The notes under the pieces were generated by a model that was not told the DNA's origin, did no database searches, and worked only from the letters and a program-made list of their open reading frames with translations. From Lama guanicoe (taxonomy: Eukaryota), in the NCBI GenBank assembly GCA_013239625.1, contig MU053934.1, positions 11,511,003-11,575,002 of the forward strand: 64,000 bases of DNA, written 5' to 3'. Every line of letters begins with the position of its first letter. The stretch's first letter is position 1. Of this stretch, positions 50,977-63,537 are shown piece by piece. The translations under genes were made by a program, and so were the position numbers.

Positions 50977-51439
50977 CTCTTACATCATGAGCTGATTTTA
51001 CAGAACGTTTTCATTCCTCTGAAAAATGTCTGGCCGTCTATTGAACGTGAATCACGGTGCAATTAGACTCAATATTTACATAATCAGCTTTCTTGGAGCA
51101 GCAGTGAAATGTCACCATTTACAAAGCACTTTTAATTATTTGAAAAAATTACATGCCGGCTAGTACATTTTTTTGGCAATTAAAAATAATACCCACATGG
51201 AAGTTTTGCAAGGATGTGGATATTAAAACTCAGTTACAGGGTTTGCACTTTCTGTCTTTGCACTCTGAGGACGCGGCCCCGGGCTCTGGACATGAAATGC
51301 ACCAGGGTAGTAGCAGCCGAGGCTCAGCTCTGGACAAGCCCTCTTTCCTGCACGTCTGCCGCACTCCCACATGCCTATGGATGGAGTCTGTCCACCGAGG
51401 ATGAATTCCCCTTTTTTCAATGGGGTCGTGGCCCCACTG

Positions 51440-52712
51440 CCCCTCTAGGAAAGAGGTCCCCCACCTGCGAGTGCTCAGGTCTGGCCTCCCCCTGCGTTTG
51501 GGGCAGGTCCCGGGGACATGCTGCACCCCCACGATGGGGAGCTGGCTGAGTGGAGGCTGGGTGCTGGGCGCTGGGCAGGGCTCTGTGCAGACGAGCAGTG
51601 AGGCTGAACCTGGCAGGGTTTATGGAAAGTGAACCATTCCCAGACTCACAGAGGCCGTGTTCCCCAACACAGTGTTCCAACAGCTCTGATCAAGGAACCC
51701 ACTTCACAGCAACAGAGGCAGGACAGTGGGCCCGTGGTCATGGAACCCGCTGGTCTCGCCATGGCCCACCACCCTGAGCAGAGCTGCTCCCGTGCAGGGC
51801 GGGGTGGGGTGGGGCTCTCCAGAGGGCCGCCTACCCTCTGCACCAGCATCATACATGGCGCCGTTTCTCCCCCGGCCAGAATTCAGGCGTCCAGGAATCC
51901 GGGAGTAGAAACCAGGATGAGACCACTGCCACCCCCCTGGCAAGATGCTTGCTTCCCGGCCCTGTGACCTCAGGCTCAGCTGGCCCAGCGTTCACAGTCC
52001 CAGAGGGAGGGTGCTTCCACTGGGAGGAACACAGTCATCCCATTGCCCTGGACAGGGACCCTCACCAGCCCCTGTGGGTCCCCGCGGCCCTGGGTCAGCA
52101 GGCGGAGAAGGGGCGCCTGTGCTGGTGGGAGGAGCCTTGCTGCCACCTGGGGGAACTGGGCTGCAGCCTCACAGCAGAGGGAGGGGAGCGCGTCCAGTTG
52201 TGGGGGGTCACTTAGGGCCTCGCCAGGTCTCGCCAGGCCCCGGGATACAGATCCACGGAAACAACCCCTCCGGGCGGGCAGGGGACACGGCCAGCAAGGG
52301 CGCCTGCAGAGACAAGGAGACTGCAGAGCGGGCAGCGAAGGGAGAGGAACACCCGCTATGCCCACGCGGCCGGTTACGGAACCAGGGCTTCCTCGATGGT
52401 GACGCACCTGCACACGTGTGCACACTTGTGCTGCGTGTGCCTCTACGCACAGCAAATGTCTCCGGTTTCTTCCCTTTCCCCTCATCATGTGACACCAGCT
52501 GTCTTGACTTTACAGCCTTGTTCACAAGTGTTGTTCACATCACATCACAGTGTTGGTCACAGGACGTCTTGGAGAAGAGTGACTGCCGCCCTGGACCTCA
52601 CCCCCTCTGGGGCAGGGTCAGCATGTTGGGGTTGTGCCGTGTTAGGGAGCAGTCTGATCGCATTGACATTTTTTTGGAGGTTCAACTTGATTAGAAGGAG
52701 GCGCCTGGGGTG
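51440..52712 (+). mobile_element. ERVL internal remnant (integrase, dUTPase, 3' region), pseudogenised
   Basis: ORF 51550-51777 contains SDQGTHFTATEAGQWARGHGTRWS (ERVL integrase core); QQAEKG...GELG dUTPase-like piece near 52100; lies directly upstream of an MLT2 LTR. Confidence 0.8.
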
Positions 52713-53060
52713 AACCGTGATGGCTGCTTTCACGTGTCAGCTTGGACGGGCCCCAGTACCATGAAGTTAACCAAACGCTGGTCCAGGTGGTGTGTGAGGA
52801 ATTCTGTAGACATGGTTGGCACTGACAGTCCGTCGACGCCCAGCACAGGAGACGGCCCTCCACTGTGTGGGTGGGCCTCGTCCAATCAGTTGATGGTCAT
52901 AAGAGGAAACCGTGGAATCTCCTGGGAAGAAGGAACTCCACCTCAAGACTGCAGCATCCACTCTTCCCTCACTGGGCAGCCCTCGGATTTCCCTCCGGGA
53001 TGTCGACCCTGGCCCTCGAGGCCCGAGCGTGATAACAGGCTCCTAGTGTTTTGCTAGGGC
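52713..53060 (+). mobile_element. MLT2-family 3' LTR of the ERVL remnant
   Basis: gtgatggctgctttcacgtgtcagcttgg..., gtgggtgggcctcgtccaatcagttga, gaaggaactccacctcaagactgcagcatc. Confidence 0.78.
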
Positions 53061-54252
53061 AGGGGGGCATCCTCACCTCCTGGGATATGAAGATGCTGAT
53101 GACCAGCTGCCCAGATGCACCTGCGGGGACGGCAGGTGGTGACGGTAGTGCTCGCAGGTGAATGCACGTAGCCCAGCCTCTCCTGGTCGGTGCCACACTG
53201 TGCTGTCCTCACCTGCACCAGGCCATCCCAGCCAGTCACCTGTCGGACACTCTGTGGACACATGTGCGATACAGGTGTGGAGGGACAGACAGGTGAGAAA
53301 CAGGTGAGACATCACTGCTATGGAGGGAGCTGGGAGCCTGGGCCTTCGGGCCGCAGGCTGAGCTCAAGCTGCTGGGAACTGAGTGGACCAGTCTGGAGGC
53401 CGTCCGCCTCGGACGCACAGGGCACTGGGAGGTTCCCAGGACCCGCGGCCAGTCCCTCCCAGGTGAGGGGACAGGACCCGGGATCGCCCACGTCCCGGAG
53501 CTGGCAGGGGGCGCGCCCAAGCTCATCTGTGCCCTGCCCTCCGTCAGCTCACCTGGCAGGGGGGCTGGGGCTGAGGGTCTTGCTTTACCTTGTCCTCCTT
53601 CCTCTGACGGCCCAGCGTCTGGCCGCTTCCTCACCTGCCCTGTGGTTCCAGGCGGACTAGTGGGGCAGCTGCATCGGCCGCCGCTCCCACATCTGTCAGG
53701 AGGTGATGGGGCCAGATGCCTGCAATCTGGCCTGCTGGGAGCACAGAGGGACCGAGGGAGTGGGGAAGACCCCGCCCAGCATCACCCCCGGGGCAGGTGG
53801 AGCCAAAGCCAGCCCCCTGCCGGCAGGACCACAGCACCAAGCACGGTCTGTCTCCAGACCCAGGGCTTGCATTCAACTCTTGTTTTGACTATTTTTCCAT
53901 TTAATTCATTCATTAGTTTGGTTTCATGGTTGCAAAAAAAAGCTGGAAACCTGTGGGATTTACACTTAACGTAGTGAAAATCACCGAGGTCGACACCGGT
54001 GTCTGCCGTGGCTGTTTGTTGCCTGGAGGAGGGTCTGTCTGCAGGATGGCACCGAGCTGCCGGCCCTCTGAGGTCAAGCACGTTCCCTGGCGGCGAGGGG
54101 CTTGTCCCTGGGGCTGCTGGCCTGCGGGGGCGGCTGCCAGCTGGGCTGTGGGCGCTGCCCCTCAGCCAGGGGGACCCAGGAGCCCGTCGGCCCCATCCTC
54201 CCCACCCCCAGCGTCTTCGGGGACCGAGTCCCAGCCTCCCCGAGGCTTGGGG

Positions 54253-54490
54253 GCATTAATTTAAAACAGCTGATTGCCAGTGAAAGGTCTCATCAAAGAT
54301 TAAATAAGCATAATTTAACTGAGGGAATGATAATAGATTTAGTTAAGAAGAGAAAAAAAGGAAAATTGAATTAGAATGCATATTTGAGGGAAAATTGGAG
54401 TTTAATATAATTACACTTAGAGATGAGATGGGTTACAATTACCAGATTTCAGAGGTGGAATTGCTAATTGTATTATTTAAAATCAAGGCT
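54253..54490. promoter_or_regulatory. Candidate conserved enhancer, TAAT-dense with TCF/LEF motif
   Basis: cattaattt, CATCAAAG 54291-54298, cataattt, gaattag, tttaatataattac, caattac, ctaattg. Confidence 0.5.
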
Positions 54491-55061
54491 GGGTCTTTGC
54501 CCTGCAACAGGTCAGCGGAAGGGTCTGCAGGCCAGGGAGGAGGACCCATCCCGCCCGCCTCCTCCCACCATCACCTTCTCCCCATCTTCCAGGGTCAGGG
54601 TGACTGTCCCCCGCGCTGTGCCAGCGCCCCACAGGGGGCAGGATGGGGCCGGACATCGCTCAGGCCTGGGGCCCCGCAGCCTGCAGGGAGGCAGCGCAGT
54701 CGACTGGCAGACGGCTCACTGATTAGATTCTCCTCCGAGCTGATCCAGTCCCCTGGCAGGCGTGAGCTGTTACAGCAGCCAAAACCCTCATTCCCACCCA
54801 CATCGGGCTTCCCAGATGGTGCCTCCGCTCTAGTCCCCAAGTGCTCACCTTCACAAGAGGTGACTTGCTTGCCTCTGGCACGCACAGGGCACAGATGTCA
54901 GTGACGGGCAGGCGCTCGGCACAGCACCCACACGTGCCCGTCTGCAGAGGGCAGGCGGGGGAGCGTCTGCGCCGGGCACGCCGAGACCGAGCATACAGCC
55001 CCACGCACGACTGTGTCTGGGGACAGCAGACCCCACAGCCAGGATTCTGATCACAGTCATT

Positions 55062-55423
55062 TACGGGCTGAGCCGGGTCCCTCAGAGTCAGATGCTGACG
55101 TCCCAGCCTCGAGGATCTCAGGACGTGGCCGCGTGTGGAGGGGCCTTTAGAGCGCTTGGCCAGGCGGACAGGAGGGGTGGTCCTGCTCCTGCACGGCTGG
55201 TGTCCCTCTAAGAGGAGATCGGGACAGGGCCACACGCAGGGAGGACCATGTGAAGACACGGGGAGAGGCCGGCTCCACCGGGCTGGGGCAGATGCTCCCC
55301 CAAGGGGCCAGCCCCGCTGACACCTTGGTCTCGGACCTCCAGGTCCAGAGGGTGGGAAACAGATTTCTGTCGTCTGAGACACCCAGCCTAGGGCGCTTTG
55401 CTTGGCAACCACAGGAAACTAAC
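55062..55423 (+). mobile_element. MaLR LTR (MLT1A/B-like)
   Basis: ggtgtccctctaagaggaga, ccatgtgaagacac, gctgacaccttggtctcggacctccag, end ggcaaccacaggaaactaaca. Confidence 0.85.
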
Positions 55424-55599
55424 AAAGCCGCCTTTTAATTCTGTGAAGTATAAAGCTTTTGAAAGCGCACACTGACCTCACGCAGGACACGCAGCTGGCC
55501 CTGAGCCCGAGGAAAGACGCTCCCGGTCTTCAGTCACCAGAGGGCCGCCCACTATCGCTCCAGGAGGACACACCAGGCACCACCTTCGACCATAAAAAC

Positions 55600-55900
55600 A
55601 AGAAGGAAGGACATTCCAGACACTGGCAGACTGGTGTGGCCGGGAGCCTCAGCCGTGTGGCCACTCCCAGTGAAGGTGGACGGAGCCCGCCCCCGGGATT
55701 CACTCAGGAGCGTCGGGGGCGCCTGTCCCCACGCAGCAGCCGGATCAGAAGTGTCCCCAGTGGCTTCATTCACAACAGGAAGACCCTGGAAAGTCCCCAA
55801 CTTCGCACAGAGCAGTGAGGTGGAAAGTGCGCTGTGTTCCTGGATGGAATCCATCCCGCGGCCACGGTACTGGGCTGGGCTGCTGTGCTGAGGGACAGGG
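55600..55900 (+). mobile_element. Degenerate, GC-shifted L1M 3' ORF2 fragment
   Basis: ggcttcattcacaacaggaagaccctggaaagtccccaa...gatggaatc resembles the L1 ORF2 C-terminal region. Confidence 0.45.
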
Positions 55901-58900
55901 ACAGGAGGGACACGGCGCTCTGGGGCTGTGGAGACGCTGACGCCATGGTGTCCAGCGGTGTGTTTGGCCGTTCCGTGGCCCTGGGGCGGGCCCCTCCCTC
56001 CCTCACCAGTGGGGAGTGAGGACAGGATCAGGACAAGGGCCCCTGCGCCTGGAGCTGGGGGCCGCGACGTCCGGCTGGATGGCCTGGTCCCCCAACATCT
56101 GGGCAACGACCTCACCCACCGGGGATCCGTGGAGTCAGGGCTCGCATTGTCCCCCCCACCTCGTGCTGCGGGAAAGAGGGGGGCCTGACCGGACAAAACA
56201 CCTTTACCAAGTGCATAAACATGCTCTCCCCAAGCGCAGCGTCCGATCTCCAGCGGCCGTCCGCTGCGCTCTGCGTCCCCCGGGCGAGGGCTCGGTGTGC
56301 GGGGCCCGCGGGCCTGCGCACTGAGGGCGGCTCCGAGCGTGGGCTTTCCCGGGCTGACTGGCGCAGGTTTTCCGAGTGCGGAGCTGACGTTCCCGGCTCC
56401 GGAGAGCCCCGGGCCCACGTGTCGGGGAACCGCAGCTCTTCCGGGAAATTCTCGGACTTAATTTTCTTCTCGTGATTTTACTCCTGAGACCGGCTTGGCT
56501 TGTTAATCAGTTGGCTCTGAAGGATGGACTGTAGCGTGATATGGTCATACTGTCACAGAAAACCGTTCCAGCCCCAAATAGCAGGGCAGAGTCTACAGCC
56601 CCAGACACTGGGGCGAAGAGGCAGGAATTCACGCAGGCGTCTGGCAGCTGGGCGTGGAGCAGAAGTAGCTTTTGTTCCCACGGGGGGCCCAGCTACGGAC
56701 ATGGGGAAGGCCGGGCGCAGCGCTCAGCCACCGTCATCAGAGCAGGATGGGCGCACGCCTGGTTAAAGCTAGCTCCCCTCCTCTGAACCGGATCCAGAGG
56801 CTGCCGGCGGCTCCCGGACGTCCAGGGGCACTGAGCAGCCCCTCTCCCCATCCCACGCCCTGTGTTCACCTGCCTCTGCTGCTACCACCTGAGCCGGCCC
56901 CCCCCTCCCCCTGCTGGGTCCGGCTCAGTGTCTCCACTCCCGCCCTGGCCACTCTGGTCTGCGCCCCCTCCCCGACTCAGTCCAGGCTCAGCGGACGGGT
57001 TAACCATGCATTTTATTTTCTATGTTTTGTGATACTTTGACATCTTGGGGATGACAGGGGAGAGACTGCCCCTCTTGGGGGCCCCTCATCCCTAGAGACG
57101 GGGAGTGACTCCCTGCATATGTGCCTTCGTGTGTGGATGGCCAACCCAGAGCCGTGAGCCCACCTGCTCCTTCCCCTCGCACACCCCACCAGCATGCCTG
57201 CCCGCACCCTCCCAGAGCCAGGTACGGGACAGCAAGGGACCGCCCGACAGCCAGAGCCAACAACATGCTTCCAGCGTCCAGTCCTGTGCCTGCTCAGCCG
57301 TACCCGTCCCCTCGCTCCTTCCGCTCCTGACCCGCGCCCGTGCCCACTCACGTGGCCATGAGGGACGTGGCCACTGGGCCTGCTCCTCCTGGCATCTGTG
57401 AGAACTAAGCTCTTCCTTCAGGACAGCTTTCCCATGTCTGTCCCCGAACCCTGCCAATTCAAATTCAGACAAATCTGGGTTACAAATCCTGAAACACTGG
57501 GCACCCTGAGGGCGCTGATGAGACAACAGAGCGGGTCCCTCCGCTGGAGACTCTAAGTCAGAGTCCCCAGCGACCAACGAAGCCCACTGCCCACTTCCCC
57601 CACCCGCTCCCCGCTCTGGTCCCATCCCTCCCCCCAACCCTCCCCCAGCGTCACAGCTCCTCCGTCTTTCCTGGGAGGTGCCCGGCCTTCCCCCACCCCC
57701 GGCAAGCCCCAGCCCTGGCCCCCGTGCGTGGAATTCTCCCCCTGGACCTGGCCCGGCTGCTGTCCACCCCGGCCCCGGCTCTGGGGCTCGGGTCCTGCAG
57801 TTCGTCAGCAAACCTCTCCTGAGCCTCGAAGAAGAGCCACGGGCACCTGCGGGCCTCGCCTGTCCTTGCCCGCGGGGCTCTGTGCTGTGTGTCTGCTGTG
57901 TGTCGTAAAGCCGCTCATGCCGTGTCGCCTGACTGCGGCTGAGCCCCCGGGGCAGCGGCGGGAGGTACAGCGTGCACAGGAGGAGGGTCCTGGGGGTCTG
58001 GGCTGCCCGCCCCGCCTCGCTGAGCTCCCGGGGGCCGTGTCTAATCTTCCCTGGAGGCGCCCGAAGCCCATCAGCCGGCAGGGCCGCCCTCCGGGGCCAC
58101 GTGCTCTCCGCGCTGATGTCCCGCGTGCAGCCCCCACCTCGTGCACGTGCGTGGCTGCGGGCTGTCTGCGCCGTGGGAGGACCGACGGTGGCCGGGGCTG
58201 CTTCGTCCAAGGCTGGACCCTCACCCGCAGCCCCCCAGGGGGCCATTGGCCTCCAGGGGCAAGACCCGGGGCCTTTGGCCTTTACTGTTCAAGATCTTCC
58301 CTTTGTTGCTGCCCCCACCCCCACCCAACACCACCGCCGGGGCCTCAGGTGGAGACTCCAGCACCCACTTCGGGCGCCACAGCCACACTGCGGCACGACA
58401 GGACCTTCCAGATCGCAGTGACCTGAAATGGTGCTGTGAGTCAGGCTGAAACTCAGCCCTGAAGTAGCCGGCTTGGTGAAAACGTTGGTTTCGCTCAGGA
58501 CTCCGAGGTCCGGTTGGGCTCCGGGGGACGGCCTGCGTCTGCTCTTGGCATCTTCCCTGGGCGGCTCCCGGGGCAGGGGCTGGTCACTCAGCCTGGAGGT
58601 GGTGCTGCCCCTCGGCAGAGCCCTGGCTGCTGGCCATCCATGCCTGTGACCCCAGACCCTAAGTGCCAGCCACGGACAGAGAGTCAGGTGGGCACCTTCT
58701 GCCTCAGAAGCCACCGCGTCCCTTCTGCTGCTTTCTGTTCATTGACCATCACAAACCCTCTCTTGTCCGCAGGCTGAAGGGGGTGGGTGAAGGGAGCCCA
58801 TCCCCCTGCTGGGAGGCGGCGAGGTTCTGGAAGGGCACGTGGAGCCATCAGTGTTGCTGTGGAGATTTCAGGAACATTTAGTTAGGTGCAGTAAGTGTCG

Positions 58901-59499
58901 GTGATAATTTTCTCAAAGGCTGAACAAAAGCCCTTCGTTTCTTCATGAGTGATGTGACATGACAGGTGGCTTGCTTGCTCCTGAGCATCTCCTCCGAGCT
59001 GACCTCCTCCGGGAAGCCCTCCGTGGGGAGCAGGCCGAGGATGCCCCGTGAGGCAGGGAAGATGCCCTGCGTCTCCAAGGGAGAGCGGAGCTCGGGGCGC
59101 CCAGGGCATGAGGCAGGCATCACGCCGTGTGGGGCCCGAGGACCACGGCGGCTCCCAGAGCTGAGAGGCCGGGCGGTGCGGGGCAGGGGCAGAGTCCGGC
59201 GCTGGCGGGCGAGGGTGCGGAGGTCGGCGGCCCTGGGCGGCCAGAGTCTCTGTGGAAGTGCCACTGAAAGAAGGGAGCACTTCAGAGGCCTGAGGACTCC
59301 TCTGCACCCACGTCGAGACTAAGCCGTGCAGAAAGGGTCTAGACTGAGCCACTGCCTGCTCCGCCCTCCCTCCTTCACGCCGGGCAGAGCACCCCCGTGC
59401 GGCCCGGGTTGCTGGTTCTCTGCGGGCGGGCGGACGGGCGTCGGGGTGGGGCTGCTGGGAGAAGTCCCTCCGTCAATCCATCCTCAAGATGAGCCTCTC

Positions 59500-62400
59500 C
59501 GCTCGTACTTTTCACTCTGATCACGTGGACTTTGGAGTAAGATTGTCAAGTTCCACGAAAAGCACCCTGGAAATTATGTTTCAATTTTATAGCTTTAGAA
59601 TATCGAGGTTTCTAATCTGCAGGCAGTGTTTCTGCCTCCATTTCTTCAGATCCTCTTTTATGTCCATCATACATTCTGTCATTATTTCCGCCGAGGCCGT
59701 GCGCACTTGCGTCGGGCTGTCCCTGGGCCTGGGCGCGCCACTGTCGCGGCTACTGTTGCCTATTGAGCAAGAGAGACAAGAGGCAGCACATTGCCTGGTC
59801 CTTCCCAGGCTCGCGTTTCACAGCATTGTGATAATTAGCTTTATTCTTCCCTGACAATCTTATTCCGTATCTTCACATTTAAGAGTAGTGTAAGTGCAGG
59901 ATGGCTGGGATCTAAAATTTGGGAAAGGATGAAGGGAAGTGTGTGTAAACAAGGAGGTAACTTCCAAAGAATGGACCCCCTGCAGCGTCCCTCCACCAGA
60001 CACCAGCCAGCATGAGCTCTACTCACTTTGGTGAAGGTATTGCAAACATCTAATTTTTCTTCTCTCACAGTTTCGACTTTGTTAGTAGTCATACAGGGGA
60101 ATTGTTTTTCATTTGTGCACTGAGTTTGCACCCAGCAATTTTTTTTGGATTCATTTTTACTTCTAATATTTTTCTGTACATTTCCTAGAATTATCTGTTA
60201 TCCACTATCTGGTAAATTCAGTGCTTTCTTTTCAGGTCTTACAACTTTTATATTCCTTTTTCTTGTCTTATTGCTTTAGCTGAGACCTCGCTTCCTCCAG
60301 TGAAATGTTAACTTCAAGAGCTCCCAGCACGCAGCCTTGGGCTCTTCTTAACAGAAATAGAGGTGCCTCTGTGCTCTCACCTTTAAAGGTGGCATTCATG
60401 TTTTGATTGCTCCCAACTTTGCTAAGAGTTATCATGTGAGAACGGGTGAATTTTGTCACGTAATTTACCTGCAGGTCTTGAGAGGAGCTAACGATTGTTC
60501 TGCTCTGCCCTTAATTTATTTTCTGATTCTGAGCTGAACAAATTATTACTCTAACGTCATTCACAGTATTTTCTTTGAGTTTTAAATATCTCTTGTCTTA
60601 TCAAGTTATATTCACCTTTTCTTATTAATGAATGTTACTTCTTCTTTTCTTATCAATCATATTAACAAGGTTTTTTCCCTTAAATTAAAACCATTGCATT
60701 TGTAGAACCTCATTATTTTTTCTTTAGAAGGTATTGTGTTGATTCATGCTCTTGTCTTTACCATTTCCTTTTATTTTTCTTCAGACCTCTTTCCATCTTG
60801 CTGTATGCCACAGTTGAACATTTATTCGTTTTCATCAGTAAGTCTGCAGAAGGCTGTAGATCGCCTCTCAGTTTTGCTAACCTGGACCCATGAGTGTTTA
60901 CATGGCGAACACTCCCCATCTCTCAGTTACAAAGAGATTGCTTTTCCATCACACCTGCATCACTCAGAAGCACATTTTTAAGTTTCCAGATTATGTTTTT
61001 CTATACTTATGTTCTATTTATTGCCTAGTGAGCAGAGGAAAATGATGTCAATTAAAATACTGAGATCTCACTGGTGTTAATTGCAGGGTTAATTTTATAG
61101 AAGTTTCATACACACCGTGAGTATATTAATTATACATGTATATGTACAACGTGTATAAACACAGTTCTGTGGTATGGTCTTCTATGTATGTCGACTTGGT
61201 CGGGTGTGCAGATTTTGTTATCCAGACCTTCAGAGGCACAATTATCTTTAATTTGTCCTAAAAAAATTAGTGTATGTTAAACGCACCTTTTATCATAGTG
61301 AATACACTTACTTCTTCTTATAGTTCTTTAGGCTTTTGTATACATTTTGAAGCTTTTATTAACTGAATACGAGTTTACAATACTTACACCTTCCTATATT
61401 GCACACCGTTTTATTATCTAAGGTGCCCCCGTTAGCCCTATTACTGTATGTCCTAAATTTGGACTTGTCTGACATTAATACTACCTGAATATTTACATCT
61501 TTTCCATCCCTTTATTTTTAAACTTTGTGTAGTTTATTTATCTCATGCTTCCTGTAAAGGCTTTAAACATCCAACCATGTGATGTCTGTCTCCTCACAGT
61601 CGAGCTGAACTTGACCAGCTTCATGGTGAGCTGACCTATGTCTGCTCATTTCCACCCTCTTATTTTGCATTTTCTGATTCCTGTCTTTTTATATTTCCTT
61701 GATTTTTCCTTATGCTACGCTGTTTTCCTTCTGCACCCACTTTTGTTCCCACTAAAGAGCATCTTTTTGATGGTTCTTTAAATGAAGTTGTTAGGTGCTA
61801 AATTAGTCTTGAATGAGCAACACTAAGCTGATCTTGCCTCGCGCAAAAATTACGACTTGGGGGGTGGCTGTTAACCTTAGGGTGACAGTTACTGCCTCCG
61901 ACTCCTTGAAGACGCCGCCCTCTCTCCCCTGCCGTCCTGATGTGCAGGGAGCGCCTCCGTCAGTCTCTCTCCGTCCCTCAGGCACCGTCACCCTTTTGTC
62001 CTCCGGCAGCTCTTAAAGTTGTCCTCTCACCTTGATGTTCTGAAGCTGCGCCTTCCTGGGGGTGGTGGAGGGAGTTCACTTGTCCTCGCACTCACTGGGA
62101 GCACGCTCTCTGTCCGACCATTCACATCTGTCTTCAGTGTTGTAAAGTGCTCGGTCATTCTTCCCGCAAATACTGCTTCCCCGCGACTCCTCCTCGGCAT
62201 CCCGTCGGAGGAAGCCTGGGCTCTGCACACTCGGCCCCCGAGCAGCCTAACTGCTGTCCGTGCACCTCAGCCTCTCCGAGCACGATGCCGTGTGGCGGGA
62301 AGCGCCGACTCCCTCTCCTCCTTCGCCGTCTCCCCCCGGGGCTGCGTCTGGTCTACAAGCTACCCCGCATCAAGTCCTGTCCCTTTTCTAAGACTTCCAG

Positions 62401-62620
62401 CTATGACTTTTTCATTCTTTTAAATAAAAGTCTGCATTCATTAACCTCTTTGAACACCCTCAGTATAGCTACAGAAAACGTTTGACCAGTAGTTCTGAAA
62501 GCTGCTTCTGGCCGAAGCCCTCTAACGTGCTGGTAGCTGACTTCTTTGTTCACTCTCTTCCTTGGTCTGTGCTTTCTTTGTGTATTTTGGGATCTGAGGA
62601 TGAACCCACATTTGAGCGGG
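59500..62620 (-). mobile_element. Long, highly degenerate old L1 (L1M/L1ME-like) remnant; may be several pieces
   Basis: T-rich + strand with L1 antisense phrases (tttttcttgtcttattgctttagctgagacctc...aatgttaa, ttgtctgacattaatac, catccctttattttta). Confidence 0.65.
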
Positions 62621-62937
62621 AAGCGCTGTTTTGTTTCATTTCCCTTCTCTCCCCTCTTCTTTCTTTCTGTGCTGCCCCCCACACGCCCCAAGCCCATGGC
62701 CCAGACCGGGTCTCCCAGGGGAAGCCCAGAATCCCTGCCCGCGGGAGGTGGGCTCCACAGCCGGCCCAGGTGCCGCTTGGCAGCAGATGCCGAGTTTCCC
62801 ACGGGTGGGGATCCCAGCCCCTCACCCACACTCCGTGGCGCCCCGCCAGTGCCAAAGTCCACCTAACCCGAATGGTCAGCAACCTAGAAAATCCTCTTCC
62901 CACAGGTCTGCGAGGCGCTGACGACTCACGCAGGGGT

Positions 62938-63140
62938 CAGGGGTCAGCAAACGTGCTCCGTAAAGGGCCGGATAGCAAATGTTTTCTGTTTTGTGGTCTC
63001 CGTAGCAACTCGCCGGCCCCCAGTGCAGCTCAGACACCCACGGCCACGTGCACACAAATGTGCTCATCCGCGCTCCCGGGAAACTCTGACAGGACAGGCC
63101 GAGCCTGATTCCGGCCGAGCTGTGGTCCCAGCGCCCGTCC
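62938..63140 (-). mobile_element. MER58A-like MITE
   Basis: caggggtcagcaaac...gtaaagggccggatagcaaatgtttt terminal sequence. Confidence 0.7.
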
Positions 63141-63537
63141 CGGCGCGCGAGACTGGGAATCCCGACTTGAACTTGGGTAGAGACTCAAGGATTGCCTTTG
63201 CACACAGGCCGCATGCAGATGAGAAGCAGGTTTAATAAGCAACATCGTAGCGACATCCCTAACGTCTCAAAAGCAGGGACTTCCGTTCGGGTACCTTCTG
63301 TACACCACCAAGCAGAAACAGGAGGCTGAAACACCCCAGTGCAAATCTTTCTACTTTGTTTTATTTACGTATATTAAATACTTTGTAGTTCAATGGACCC
63401 TTAGAAATTAGGTTTGGAAGGATTTGGGGGGAAATTTACAATGCAGCGGGTTCATTAGGACTCCAATTAGGGTTATGGGAACCAACGTTCTAAATTAAAT
63501 TTTTACGTTAAAATCATTGTGGACATGCACACTGTTG

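Noticed and set aside
51550..52215. Domesticated integrase/dUTPase gene
   Set aside because: Motifs are fragmented across frames with stops; ordinary decayed ERVL.
57092..58246. 384-aa ORF and similar long ORFs (10127-11044, 13841-14710, 24600-25523, 49414-50379, 55552-56418)
   Set aside because: No recognisable protein family; they overlap ORFs in other frames, and several cross repeats or microsatellites.
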